From: Alphaproteobacteria bacterium
GTDB taxonomy: Bacteria; Pseudomonadota; Alphaproteobacteria; GCA-2731375
Length of the DNA: 64,000 nt
NCBI GenBank assembly: GCA_965232515.1
Contig: CBDDPY010000002.1
Span: forward strand, 4,832,001 to 4,896,000
Direction of reading: 5' to 3'
In this document: in pieces, positions 50,341 to 59,971 of the stretch
How positions within the stretch are numbered: the first letter of the stretch is position 1
Layout of the letters: every line of letters starts with the position of its first letter
Translations under genes and position numbers: made by a program
Notes under the pieces: generated by a model
The model's input: only the letters and a program-made list of their open reading frames with translations
Database searches by the model: none
What the model was told of the DNA's origin: nothing

Positions 50341-51879
50341 ATGCCGATCTTCGACGCCTATCTGATCGTCGACTGGAGCGCGAACGCGACGCCCAAGCGG
50401 GGCGCGGACAGCATCTGGTATTGCCTGCTGCGCCGGACCAAACGCGGCTTGCGGCGCACGGCGTTGCGCAACCCGCCGACACGCGCGCAGGCGGTCGCCG
50501 AGCTGCGGCAGCGGTTGCTCGATCTGGTCGCGGCCGACCGGCGCGTGCTGATCGGCTTCGATTTCCCGAACGCCTATCCCAAGGGTTTCGCCCGTCGCGC
50601 CGGCTTTCGCGGGGTCCCCTGGCGCGCGGTCTGGGACGGCGTGCGCGATTTGATCGAGGATGCCGACGACAACGCCAACAACCGCTTCGAGGTCGCGGCC
50701 GAGCTGAACCGGCGGGTCTCGGGCGCGGCCTACCCCTTCTGGGGCTGCCCGCCGGCCCGGACCGGGCCCTATCTCTCCATGCGCAAGACGCCGCTGCACC
50801 GCGCCGGCGGCGACGTGCCGGAGCGACGGATCTGCGAGCGTTACGTGCCCTCGACGCAACCCTGCTGGAAGCTCTACACCACCGGCTCGGTCGGCGGGCA
50901 GGCATTGACCGGCATTCCGGCGATGGCCGGCTTATGCGACGATCCGGCGCTGGCCGGCGTCAGCGAAGTCTGGCCGTTCGAGACCGGCATGGCGGCGCCG
51001 GATCCGGCCGGTCCCTGGCGCGTGATCCACGCCGAGATCTATCCCTCCATGGTCAAGGTCGCGCCCGGTCCCGACGAAATAAAGGACGCGTTGCAGGTCG
51101 AGACCATCGGCCGCCGCTTCGCCGAGATCGACGCGGCCGACGCGCTCACCCGGCAATTCACCGGGCCCGACGAGCTCACCGCCGCCGAGCGGCGGTTGAT
51201 CGAGCGCGAGGAAGGCTGGATCCTCGGCGCCGGCACCTTCGATACGCCAGCGCGCGACGACTATCTGCGCGATCCGGAAGCGATCTACGCGCAATCCTTC
51301 GCCACGATCCGCCGCGAGGCCGCGCTCGACGGCCTGCCGCGCGACATTGCGGATGTCGCGGTGCGTCTGATACATGCCTGCGGTATGACCGATCTGGTGG
51401 CCGATCTCGCCTTCACCCGCGACGTCGCCCGCGCCGCGAAACGGGCGCTGCGCGATGGTGCGCCGGTGCTGTGCGATTCCGAGATGACCGCACGCGGCAT
51501 CATCCGTCGCAGGCTGCCGGCCAAAAACCGCGTCCTCTGCACGCTCGGTCACAAGCGCGTGCCGGCGCTTGCGGCGAAGGACAAGACCACGCGGTCCGCC
51601 GCTGCCGTCGATCTCTGGCGGCGCTATCTCGACGGCGCGGTGGTCGCGATCGGCAACGCGCCCACGGCGTTGTTCCGCCTGCTGGAGTTGTTGCGCGACG
51701 GCGCGCCGCGCCCCGCCGCCATTATCGGCCTGCCGGTCGGTTTCGTCGGCGCGGCGGAATCGAAACAAGCGCTGATCGATGCGGATCTCGGCGTTCCCTA
51801 TCTGACGCTGCGCGGCCGGCGCGGCGGCAGCGCCATGGCCGCCGCCGCCGTCAACGCCATCGCCGGAGCCGCGAAATGA
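50341..51879 (+). CDS. cobH: Fusion: uncharacterised about 300-aa DUF429/RNase-H-like domain plus precorrin-8X methylmutase
   Basis: C-terminal DYLRDP..IY..SF, RLIHACG, TRSAAA, IGNAPTAL, PVGFVGAAESK, GRRGGS; N-terminal VDWSA, GFDF, EIYPS, EEGWILG in the same frame. Confidence 0.88.
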   Translation: MPIFDAYLIVDWSANATPKRGADSIWYCLLRRTKRGLRRTALRNPPTRAQAVAELRQRLLDLVAADRRVLIGFDFPNAYPKGFARRAGFRGVPWRAVWDGVRDLIEDADDNANNRFEVAAELNRRVSGAAYPFWGCPPARTGPYLSMRKTPLHRAGGDVPERRICERYVPSTQPCWKLYTTGSVGGQALTGIPAMAGLCDDPALAGVSEVWPFETGMAAPDPAGPWRVIHAEIYPSMVKVAPGPDEIKDALQVETIGRRFAEIDAADALTRQFTGPDELTAAERRLIEREEGWILGAGTFDTPARDDYLRDPEAIYAQSFATIRREAALDGLPRDIADVAVRLIHACGMTDLVADLAFTRDVARAAKRALRDGAPVLCDSEMTARGIIRRRLPAKNRVLCTLGHKRVPALAAKDKTTRSAAAVDLWRRYLDGAVVAIGNAPTALFRLLELLRDGAPRPAAIIGLPVGFVGAAESKQALIDADLGVPYLTLRGRRGGSAMAAAAVNAIAGAAK

Positions 51880-53081
51880 CCCCCTGGCTGACGGTCGTCG
51901 GCATCGGCGACGACGGTCTCGACGGCCTTGGCGCCGCGTCCCGGGCGCTGATTGACAATGCCGAGGTGCTGGTCGGCGGCGACCGACATCTGACCATGCT
52001 GGCCGGCCACCCGGCAGAGCATCTCGGCTGGCAGTTCCCGCTCGATCCGCTGATCGACGACCTCAAGGCCCGGCGCGGCAAGCGCGTGGTCGTGCTGGCG
52101 ACCGGCGATCCCATGAGCTACGGCATCGGCACCACGCTCTGCCGGCACCTCGACATCGATGAGATGCGTCTGATCCCGGCGCCGTCGGCCTTCGCGCTCG
52201 CCTGCAGCCGGCTCGGCTGGCCGCGCCACACGGTCGAGAGCCTGACGCTGCACGGCAGGCCGCTCGAGATCCTGAACGCCTGGCTGCAGCCGGGCCAGCG
52301 CCTGCTGCTGCTCAGCCACGACGGCACGACGCCGGCCAAGGTCGCGCGGCTGCTGACCGACAAGGGCTTCGGCGGCAGCCGCATGACCGTGCTCGAACAT
52401 ATGGGCGGCCCGGCCGAGGCGCGGCATGACGCGACGGCGGGAGATTGGCCGCCCGACTGCGCCGCCAATCTGAATACCATTGCCGTCGAGGTCGTCGCCG
52501 ACGCGGACGCTATCGTTCACGCGCGCGTCCCCGGCCTGCCCGATGCGGCCTTCGCGAGCGATGGCCAACTGACCAAGCGCGAGGTCCGTGCCGCGACACT
52601 CGCCGCGCTGATGCCGATATCGGGGCAGTTGCTGTGGGACGTGGGCGCCGGCTGCGGCTCGGTGGCGATCGAATGGCTACGCGCGGCGCCAAACACACGG
52701 GCCGTGGCCATCGAGCACAAGAGTGACCGCCTGGCTCTGATTGCCGAGAACGCTGGCGCGCTGGGTGTGCCGCAGCTCGACGTGGAGAGTGGAACCGCAC
52801 CTGACGCCCTCGCCAATCTCGACCCGCCGGATGCGATCTTCATCGGCGGCGGCCTGACCGCCGCCGGCTTGTTCGATGCCTGCTGGTCCGCCCTGCGGCC
52901 CGGCGGCCGCATGGTCGCGAACGCCGTGACCGCTGAAGGCGAGCGCGTGCTGCTCGGCTGGCGCGAGACGGTCGGCGGCGACCTGACGCGCATCGCCGTC
53001 AGCCGGGCCGAGCCCGTCGGTCTGTTCACCGGCTGGCGGCCGCTGATGCCGGTGACGCAATGGGCGGCGGTGAAGTCATGA
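51876..53081 (+). CDS. cobL: Precorrin-6Y C5,15-methyltransferase (CbiE-CbiT fusion)
   Basis: VVGIGDDG, LATGDP, DGQLTKREVR, WDVGAGCGS. Confidence 0.94.
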   Translation: MTPWLTVVGIGDDGLDGLGAASRALIDNAEVLVGGDRHLTMLAGHPAEHLGWQFPLDPLIDDLKARRGKRVVVLATGDPMSYGIGTTLCRHLDIDEMRLIPAPSAFALACSRLGWPRHTVESLTLHGRPLEILNAWLQPGQRLLLLSHDGTTPAKVARLLTDKGFGGSRMTVLEHMGGPAEARHDATAGDWPPDCAANLNTIAVEVVADADAIVHARVPGLPDAAFASDGQLTKREVRAATLAALMPISGQLLWDVGAGCGSVAIEWLRAAPNTRAVAIEHKSDRLALIAENAGALGVPQLDVESGTAPDALANLDPPDAIFIGGGLTAAGLFDACWSALRPGGRMVANAVTAEGERVLLGWRETVGGDLTRIAVSRAEPVGLFTGWRPLMPVTQWAAVKS

Positions 53082-53782
53082 CCGGCACGGCCTACGGCAT
53101 TGGCGTCGGTCCCGGCGATCCGGAGCTGATTACGCTGAAGGCGCAACGTTTGCTGCGCGCCGCGCCGGTGCTGGCCTATCCGGCGCCAGAGACCGGCGAC
53201 AGCCTCGCCCGCGCCATCGCCGCGCCGCATCTGCCCGGCGGTCAGCAGGAAATCGCCATCCGCATGCCGATGCAGATCGAACGGTTTCCCGCGCAGGCCG
53301 TCTACGACCACGCCGCCGAAGAGATCGGCGGCCACCTCACGGCCGGGCGCGACGTCGCCGTGCTCTGCGAGGGCGATCCGTTCTTCTATGGCTCGTTCAT
53401 GTTCCTGTTCGGCCGGCTGGCGGAACGGCACGCCGTCGAGGTCGTGCCCGGCGTGTCCTCGCTGATGGCCTGCCCGGCCGTGCTGGGCGCGCCGCTCGCC
53501 GCGCGAAACGATGTGCTGACGGTGTTGCCTGCGCCACTGCCGGAGGACGCGTTGCGGGATAGACTGGCGAGCTCAGACGCGGCGGCGGTCATCAAGGTCG
53601 GCCGCCATTTCGATAAAGTGCGCGGCGTGCTCGACGCGCTCGGCTTGACGGCGCAGGCGCGGTATATCGAGCGGGCGACGCTCGCGCAGCAGCGGATACT
53701 GCCGCTCGAGCAGGTGGATGGTGATAGTGTGCCCTATTTTTCGATGATCCTGGTGCATAAGCGGGGGGCCGCCTGGCAATGA
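53078..53782 (+). CDS. cobI: Precorrin-2 C20-methyltransferase
   Basis: GVGPGDPELITLKA, LCEGDPFFYGSF, VPYFS. Confidence 0.94.
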   Translation: MTGTAYGIGVGPGDPELITLKAQRLLRAAPVLAYPAPETGDSLARAIAAPHLPGGQQEIAIRMPMQIERFPAQAVYDHAAEEIGGHLTAGRDVAVLCEGDPFFYGSFMFLFGRLAERHAVEVVPGVSSLMACPAVLGAPLAARNDVLTVLPAPLPEDALRDRLASSDAAAVIKVGRHFDKVRGVLDALGLTAQARYIERATLAQQRILPLEQVDGDSVPYFSMILVHKRGAAWQ

Positions 53783-55590
53783 CCACGCCGGCGATCATTG
53801 TGCTGACGCAATCCGGCCTCGCCGTCGCCGGCCTCGTCCGCGCGGCCCTCGGTGGGGCCGAAATCCATGGCCTTGCCGGCAGAGTCGACGGCGCCGACCG
53901 GACCTACGATTCCGTCTCGGCCCTGGTGCAGGCATTGTTCGCCGACGGTGTGCCGATCATCGGCGTCTGCGCCTCGGGAATCATGGTTCGCGCGGTCGCG
54001 CCCGTGCTTGGCAACAAGCGGGCCGAACCACCGGTGATCGCGGTCGCCGAGGACACGAGTTGCGTCGTCCCGCTGATCGGCGGCCATCACGGCGGCAACG
54101 ATCTGGCGCGTCGGATCGCTGCCGCGCTGGAAGCGTCGGCGGCGGTGACGACGGCGAGCGACGTTCGCTTCGGGCTGGCGCTGGACGATCCTCCACCCGG
54201 CTGGCGCGTCGCCAATCCGGCCGCCGTCAAGCCGGTCGCGGCGGCCTTGCTGGCGGACGAACCTGTCGCCCTGCGCGTCGAGGCCGGCGATGCAACCTGG
54301 CTGCGCCGCACCGGCGCCCGGTTTGCCGAATACGGCCAGAACAGCGTGCTTGTCACCGACGGCGCCATTCCGGGCGACGAAAGGCAGTTGGTCTTGCATC
54401 CCTCGACGCTGGTGGTCGGCATCGGCAGCGAGCGTGGCGCCGATCCGCATATCGCCGTCGATCTGGTCCGTCAGACACTGGCGGATGCCGGCCTGTCGCC
54501 GATGTCGGTCGCCTGCGTCGCTTCGGTTGACCTGAAGATGGACGAGCCGGCCGTGCATGCCGTCGCTAACGCGCTCGCCGTGCCGGCGCGGTTCTTCGAC
54601 GCCGCCACGCTCGAGCGCGAAACGCCGCGGCTGGCCAACCCCTCGCAACAGGTCTTCAAGGCCGTCGGCTGTCACGGCGTCTCGGAAGGCGCGGCGCTGG
54701 CCGGCGTTGGCGCCGAGGGCCTGCTGATGGTCGAAAAGCGGAAGCGCGGCGGCGTCACCTGTGCCGTCGGCCGGGCGGGCCACGTCCTCGATCCCCTGGC
54801 CATCGGTCAGGCGCGTGGACGCCTCGCCATTATCGGCATCGGGCCGGGGGATGCCGCCTGGCGCACGTCGGAGGCGATGGCCGAGCTGCGCCGCGCCACC
54901 GACCTCGTCGGCTACAGCCGTTATCTCGATCTGGTGTCCGAGGCCGAGGCCGGTGGCGACCGTCATGCCTTTGACCTCGGGGCCGAGACCGCACGCTGCC
55001 GCGCCGCGCTCGACCTGGCGTCGGGTGGTCGCGAGGTGGCGCTGGTCTGCTCCGGCGATGCCGGCATATACGCCATGGCGGCGCTGGTCTTCGAGCTGAT
55101 CGATCAGGCCGAGCGCGTCGATTGGCGACGCATCGACATTCATGTCGTACCCGGCCTGTCGGCGCTGCAGGCCGCGGCGGCGCGGGCGGGCGCGCCGTTG
55201 GGCCATGACTTCTGCGCCGTCTCGCTGTCCGATCTGCTGACGCCCTGGTCGGTGATCGAACGCCGCCTGCAGGCCGCCGCCGAGGCCGATTTCGTTACCG
55301 CCATCTACAATCCGCGCTCGAACGACCGCCAATGGCAGCTGCCGCGCGCGCTGGAGATCCTGACATCCGCCCGCCCGCCTGAAACGCCGGTGGTGGTCGC
55401 GCGCAATCTCGGCCGCAGCGACGAGAGCATCGACATCACAGCGTTGTCGGCGGTCGAGCCGACCGATGTCGACATGCTGACGGTGCTGATCGTCGGCGCC
55501 GCCGGCAGTCGCCGCTTCGACCGCGGCGCCGGCGGTGAGTGGGTATATACGGCGCGCGGCTACGCCTCGAAGCCAGCCAATGACGGCTGA
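53779..55590 (+). CDS. cobJ: CbiG fused to precorrin-3B C17-methyltransferase
   Basis: N-terminal GGHHGGN, VTTA, GVSEGAAL (CbiG); C-terminal GIGPG, SGDAGIY, GAPLGHDF.A.SLSDLLTPW. Confidence 0.92.
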   Translation: MTTPAIIVLTQSGLAVAGLVRAALGGAEIHGLAGRVDGADRTYDSVSALVQALFADGVPIIGVCASGIMVRAVAPVLGNKRAEPPVIAVAEDTSCVVPLIGGHHGGNDLARRIAAALEASAAVTTASDVRFGLALDDPPPGWRVANPAAVKPVAAALLADEPVALRVEAGDATWLRRTGARFAEYGQNSVLVTDGAIPGDERQLVLHPSTLVVGIGSERGADPHIAVDLVRQTLADAGLSPMSVACVASVDLKMDEPAVHAVANALAVPARFFDAATLERETPRLANPSQQVFKAVGCHGVSEGAALAGVGAEGLLMVEKRKRGGVTCAVGRAGHVLDPLAIGQARGRLAIIGIGPGDAAWRTSEAMAELRRATDLVGYSRYLDLVSEAEAGGDRHAFDLGAETARCRAALDLASGGREVALVCSGDAGIYAMAALVFELIDQAERVDWRRIDIHVVPGLSALQAAAARAGAPLGHDFCAVSLSDLLTPWSVIERRLQAAAEADFVTAIYNPRSNDRQWQLPRALEILTSARPPETPVVVARNLGRSDESIDITALSAVEPTDVDMLTVLIVGAAGSRRFDRGAGGEWVYTARGYASKPANDG

Positions 55591-56482
55591 TACCGCGGAT
55601 CGCGGCGGCGTCGGGCTGGCGCTGGCCGCGCTCGCCGCAGCTATGCTCGGTCTGGCGATCGCCGTGTCGCGCTACGCCTATGACGGCGGCACCAACGGCC
55701 TCACGGTTGCGACTTGCCGGGGGCTGGTGCTGCTGCTCGGCCTTTGGCTGTTCTGCCTCGCCACCCGCCGCCGCATGCGGCTGCCGTTCGCCGACTGGCT
55801 GCATTGCGCCGGTCTGGGCGTGCTGATGTCGATGATGTTCTACGGCAATGTCGGGGCCGTCGAGTTCATCGACGTCGGCCTGTCGGCGCTGCTGTTCTTC
55901 ACCTTTCCGCCGATGATCGCGGTGATCAACATCGTCGTCCTGCGCGAAACCGTGCCGTGGCCGAAGTTGCTCGCCGTCGCGGCCGCCTTCGTCGGTCTCG
56001 CCATGATGCTCGGCGTCTCTGTCGACAGCGCCGACTGGCGCGGCCTGGCATTGGCGCTTGGCGCGGCCGTGGCGGCGGCCTGGAACGCGGTCTGGCTGGG
56101 CCGCCGCACGCGCCATCTCGACACCATCGTGGTCACCTTGCACATGGCCAGCATCGCCGCGTTGACGCTGGTCGTGCTGACGCTTGCCAACGACAGCCTG
56201 CAATGGCCGACCGCGCCCGTCGGCTGGTTCGGCCTCGCCGGCGTGGTCGTCCTGCAATGCTCGGGCGTGCCGATGTATTTCGTCGCCATCGGTATGATCG
56301 GCGCGCTGAAATGCGGCATGGTCACCAACGTGCAGCCGGTGGTCAGCATCGCCGCCGCCTTCCTGCTGTTCGGCGAGGTGCTGGGCCCGCTGGAGCTGGC
56401 CGGCGGCGTGCTGGTCCTGGGCGGTATTTTCCTCATGCAATGGCATGACGGCCGCGAACGTCGCGCCGAGGCGGTGGCATGA
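55580..56482 (+). CDS. DMT/EamA family transporter inside the cob operon
   Basis: About 10 TM, LLFFTFP, QPVVSI..A.LLFGE.L; overlaps both cobJ and cobM. Confidence 0.88.
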   Translation: MTADTADRGGVGLALAALAAAMLGLAIAVSRYAYDGGTNGLTVATCRGLVLLLGLWLFCLATRRRMRLPFADWLHCAGLGVLMSMMFYGNVGAVEFIDVGLSALLFFTFPPMIAVINIVVLRETVPWPKLLAVAAAFVGLAMMLGVSVDSADWRGLALALGAAVAAAWNAVWLGRRTRHLDTIVVTLHMASIAALTLVVLTLANDSLQWPTAPVGWFGLAGVVVLQCSGVPMYFVAIGMIGALKCGMVTNVQPVVSIAAAFLLFGEVLGPLELAGGVLVLGGIFLMQWHDGRERRAEAVA

Positions 56483-57243
56483 CCGTGCATTTCATCGGCG
56501 CCGGTCCCGGCGCGCCCGACCTGATCACGCTCCGCGGCCGCGATCTGATCGCCGCGGCGCCGGTCGTGCTGTATGCCGGCTCGTTGGTGCCGGCCGAGGT
56601 CGTGGCCTTCGCGCCGGCGGATGCGCGGGTATTGGACACCGCGCCGATGACGCTCGACGAGATCGTCCGGGAGATGGCCGATGCGCACGCGGTGGGCCTG
56701 GACGTCGCCCGCGTGCATTCCGGCGATCCGTCGCTTTACGGCGCGATCGCCGAGCAGATGCGCCGGCTCGACGCGCTGTCGATCCCCTACGACATCACGC
56801 CCGGCGTCCCGGCCTATGCGGCGGCCGCGGCGGCGCTTGGCCGCGAGCTGACCCTGCCGGACGTCAGCCAGACCGTGATCCTGACCCGCACTGCCATGCA
56901 GGCCTCCGCCATGCCGCCGGGCGAGGAGCTGGCGACGCTCGGCGCCGCCGGCGCGACGCTGGCGATCCATTTGTCGATCCGCAACCTGGCCCAGGTCTGC
57001 CGCGATCTGACGCCGCACTACGGAGCAGATTGTCCGGTCGCCGTGGTCTACCGGGCAAGCTGGCCGGACGAATTGGTGCTGCGCGGCACGCTCGCCGACA
57101 TCCGCGACCAGGTCCGCGCCGCAAAGATCACCCGCACCGCGCTGATCATTGTCGGCCGCGTGCTCGGCGACGCCGCCTTCAGCGACAGCAAGCTCTACGA
57201 CCCCGCCCACGCCCACGTCCTGCGTCCGACCCGCGCCACCTAA
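56479..57243 (+). CDS. cobM: Precorrin-4 C11-methyltransferase
   Basis: [44 protein letters not shown]. Confidence 0.95.
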   Translation: MTVHFIGAGPGAPDLITLRGRDLIAAAPVVLYAGSLVPAEVVAFAPADARVLDTAPMTLDEIVREMADAHAVGLDVARVHSGDPSLYGAIAEQMRRLDALSIPYDITPGVPAYAAAAAALGRELTLPDVSQTVILTRTAMQASAMPPGEELATLGAAGATLAIHLSIRNLAQVCRDLTPHYGADCPVAVVYRASWPDELVLRGTLADIRDQVRAAKITRTALIIVGRVLGDAAFSDSKLYDPAHAHVLRPTRAT

Positions 57244-57962
57244 AGCGACCGCGCCCAGGCGAGCGCCGCACCCACGTTGTTTACGGTCTCTGCGTCCGGC
57301 AGAGCCGGCCGCGCGATCATGATCACCGGCAGGCCGAGCGCACGGGCGGCCGCGATCTTCGCGTAGGTGGCGTCGCCGCCGCTGTTCTTTGCCACCAGCG
57401 TCTCGATACGGTGCCGCCGCATCAGGTCGGTTTCCGCCGCCGTGTCGAACGGGCCGCGCGCTTGGATCAGCTCATAGCAAGCCAATGGCACCTGCGCCGG
57501 CCGTTCGATGCTGCGCACCAGGAACCAGACGTCGCGGCATGCGGTGAAGGCGTCCAGGTCTCGCAGCCCTGTGGTCAGAAACACCCGGTCGGCCGTGATC
57601 GCCGCTGCCGCGCTCTCCGCGTCCGGCGCCTCGATCCAGTCGTCGCGGGCCTGCCGTGTCCAGGCCGGCCGGGTCAGCCGCAATAGCGGAATGCCCGTTC
57701 GTGCGCAGGCCGTGACCGCGTTGCAAGACATCCCAGCGGCAAACGGATGCGTGGCGTCGATCACCGCATCGATGCCGTGCGCGCGCAGATAGGCCGCCAA
57801 TCCGTCGCTGCCGCCGAAACCGCCACGGCGAACTTCACCCGGCGGCAGGACCGGATCGCGGGTGACGCCGGCGAGCGATGTGGTCACGTCGAACGCCGGC
57901 TCGGCGGCGCGGGCGAGCCCCACGGCCTCGCCGGTGCCGCCCAGGATCAGCAGCCGCTTCAA
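57240..57962 (-). CDS. cobK: Precorrin-6A/cobalt-precorrin-6A reductase
   Basis: TTG start overlapping the cbiD stop; [30 protein letters not shown]. Confidence 0.93.
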   Translation of the reverse strand: MKRLLILGGTGEAVGLARAAEPAFDVTTSLAGVTRDPVLPPGEVRRGGFGGSDGLAAYLRAHGIDAVIDATHPFAAGMSCNAVTACARTGIPLLRLTRPAWTRQARDDWIEAPDAESAAAAITADRVFLTTGLRDLDAFTACRDVWFLVRSIERPAQVPLACYELIQARGPFDTAAETDLMRRHRIETLVAKNSGGDATYAKIAAARALGLPVIMIARPALPDAETVNNVGAALAWARSL

Positions 57963-59044
57963 AAGCCCGCGCGGCCGACGATGCCGCCCTTGCGGTCGAC
58001 CACCAGCACCTCGACCGTGGTGCCGCCGGCAAGCGTCGCCAGCGCCGTCTGCCGGGCCCGCGCCGCGACGGCGTCGGCCAGCGGCAAACCGGCCTGGCGC
58101 GCAAGTTCCAGGGCCTCGTTCGCCGTGTTGGCGGCGACGACTTTGGTCCGCAGCCCTGCATCGCCGCCAATATCGCCCGCGACGTCCGCCAACCCGTCGA
58201 GATCCACCCGGCTCTTGCCCGAATGCAAATCGAGATGTCCGGCGGCGAGCTTCGACAGCTTGCCGAAGCCGCCGGCGATCGACAGCCGCGCCACGGGATG
58301 GTCGCGCAGATACTTCAAGGTGCCGCCGGCGAAGTCGCCCATGTCCAGCAACGCCATGTCCGGCAGATCGTAGAGTTGCTGCACCGCCCGTTCGCTGGTC
58401 GAGCCCGTCGCCGCCGCCAGATGCTCGAGGCCGGCGGCCCGCGCCACGTCGATGCCCCGATGGATCGAATGGATCCACGACGAGCAGGAATAGGGAATGA
58501 CGATGCCGGTCGTGCCGAGGATCGACAGGCCGTCGACGATGCCGAGCCGCCCGTTCAGCGTTTGCTTGGCGAGCTCGGCGCCGCCCGGGATCGAGACCGT
58601 GATCTCCACATCGCCGCTGCCGCCATGCGCGGCGGCCGTCTCGGCGATGGCCTGGACCAGCATCTGACGCGGCACCGGGTTGATGGCCGGCTCTCCCGGC
58701 GGAATGGCGAGGCCGGTTCGCGTCACCGTGCCGACGCCCTCGCCCGCGCGAAAGGACACGCCGCCGCCTGCCTCGCCCATCGCTATCCGGCTCAACACCA
58801 GCGCCTGGTGCGTGACGTCGGGATCGTCGCCGGCATCCTTGACGATCCCGGCCTCGGCCCAGCCGTCCCCGCGCCGTTCGATGGCGAGCGTGAAGCCGAC
58901 CCGCTGCCCCGCCGGCAGCGTGATCTCGACGGGATCGGGAAACCGGCCGGTCAGCAGCGCTTCATAGGCCGCCTTCGCGGCGGCCGTCGCGCAGGCCCCC
59001 GTGGTCCAGCCGCGCCGCAGATTTCCGTCTGGTCGTCGTGCCAT
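57959..59044 (-). CDS. cbiD: Cobalt-precorrin-5B C1-methyltransferase
   Basis: LRRGWTTGACATAA, KDAGDDPDVTH, AINPVPR, GLSILGTTG. Confidence 0.95.
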   Translation of the reverse strand: MARRPDGNLRRGWTTGACATAAAKAAYEALLTGRFPDPVEITLPAGQRVGFTLAIERRGDGWAEAGIVKDAGDDPDVTHQALVLSRIAMGEAGGGVSFRAGEGVGTVTRTGLAIPPGEPAINPVPRQMLVQAIAETAAAHGGSGDVEITVSIPGGAELAKQTLNGRLGIVDGLSILGTTGIVIPYSCSSWIHSIHRGIDVARAAGLEHLAAATGSTSERAVQQLYDLPDMALLDMGDFAGGTLKYLRDHPVARLSIAGGFGKLSKLAAGHLDLHSGKSRVDLDGLADVAGDIGGDAGLRTKVVAANTANEALELARQAGLPLADAVAARARQTALATLAGGTTVEVLVVDRKGGIVGRAGF

Positions 59045-59113
59045 GTGGACGAGTTTACGCGGGCCCGAGTGCTCGGCCTAGCCGACTGGCGATGTCGTGA
59101 CCATAATGCCGGC

Positions 59114-59962
59114 ATGGATTCGCTCGACGATTTCGGCCTCGATCTGCCCAACCTGCAGCCGGGCTGGGTCTGGCTGACGGGCGCCGGACCCGGCGATCCG
59201 GCGTTGCTGACGCTGCAGGCCGTGCACGGCCTGCGCCAGGCCGATGTCGTGGTATACGACGCGCTGGTCGACCGCCGGGTGCTGGCGCTCGCGCGGCCCG
59301 GCGCGTCGCTGGAATATGCCGGCAAGCGCGGCGGCCGGCCGTCGCCGAAACAGCCCGATATCTCCCGCCGGCTCGTGCAACTGGCGCGCGGCGGCAAGCG
59401 CGTGTTGCGTTTGAAGGGCGGCGATCCCTTCGTCTTCGGCCGCGGCGGCGAGGAGGCGCTGGCGCTGGTCGCGGCCGGCGTGCCGTTCCGCATCGTGCCG
59501 GGCATCAGCGCCGGCATTGGCGGCCTCGCCTATGCCGGCATTCCGGTCACGCACCGCGACGTCAACTCGGCGGTGACGTTCGTGACCGGCCACAACACCG
59601 CGGGCGACGTGCCGGACGGCCTCGACTGGCCGGCCATTGCCCGCGGTTCGCCGGTGATCGTGCTCTACATGGCGCTGAAGCATCTCGACGGCATCGCCGA
59701 GCGGCTGCTGGCCGGCGGCCGGCCGGCGCACGAGCCTGTGGCGATCGTCGCCAACGCCGCGACGGCTGAGCAACAGGTGTTGGAAACGACGCTTGGAATC
59801 TGTGCGGCCGACGTCGCCGCGCACGGCATTCCGCCGCCGGCGCTCGTGGTCGTCGGCGATGTCGTGAAGCTGCGCGGCGGCCTTGACTGGCTCGGCGCCA
59901 TCGCCGGTCGTCGTTTGGATGCGGACCCGCTGCGCATCCGCGACCGCAGCGAAACCGGCTAA
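59114..59962 (+). CDS. cobA: Uroporphyrinogen-III C-methyltransferase (SUMT)
   Basis: GAGPGDP.LLTL, VYDALV, RLKGGDPFVFGRGGEE, IPVTHR. Confidence 0.95.
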   Translation: MDSLDDFGLDLPNLQPGWVWLTGAGPGDPALLTLQAVHGLRQADVVVYDALVDRRVLALARPGASLEYAGKRGGRPSPKQPDISRRLVQLARGGKRVLRLKGGDPFVFGRGGEEALALVAAGVPFRIVPGISAGIGGLAYAGIPVTHRDVNSAVTFVTGHNTAGDVPDGLDWPAIARGSPVIVLYMALKHLDGIAERLLAGGRPAHEPVAIVANAATAEQQVLETTLGICAADVAAHGIPPPALVVVGDVVKLRGGLDWLGAIAGRRLDADPLRIRDRSETG

Positions 59963-59971
59963 GACCGCCCA

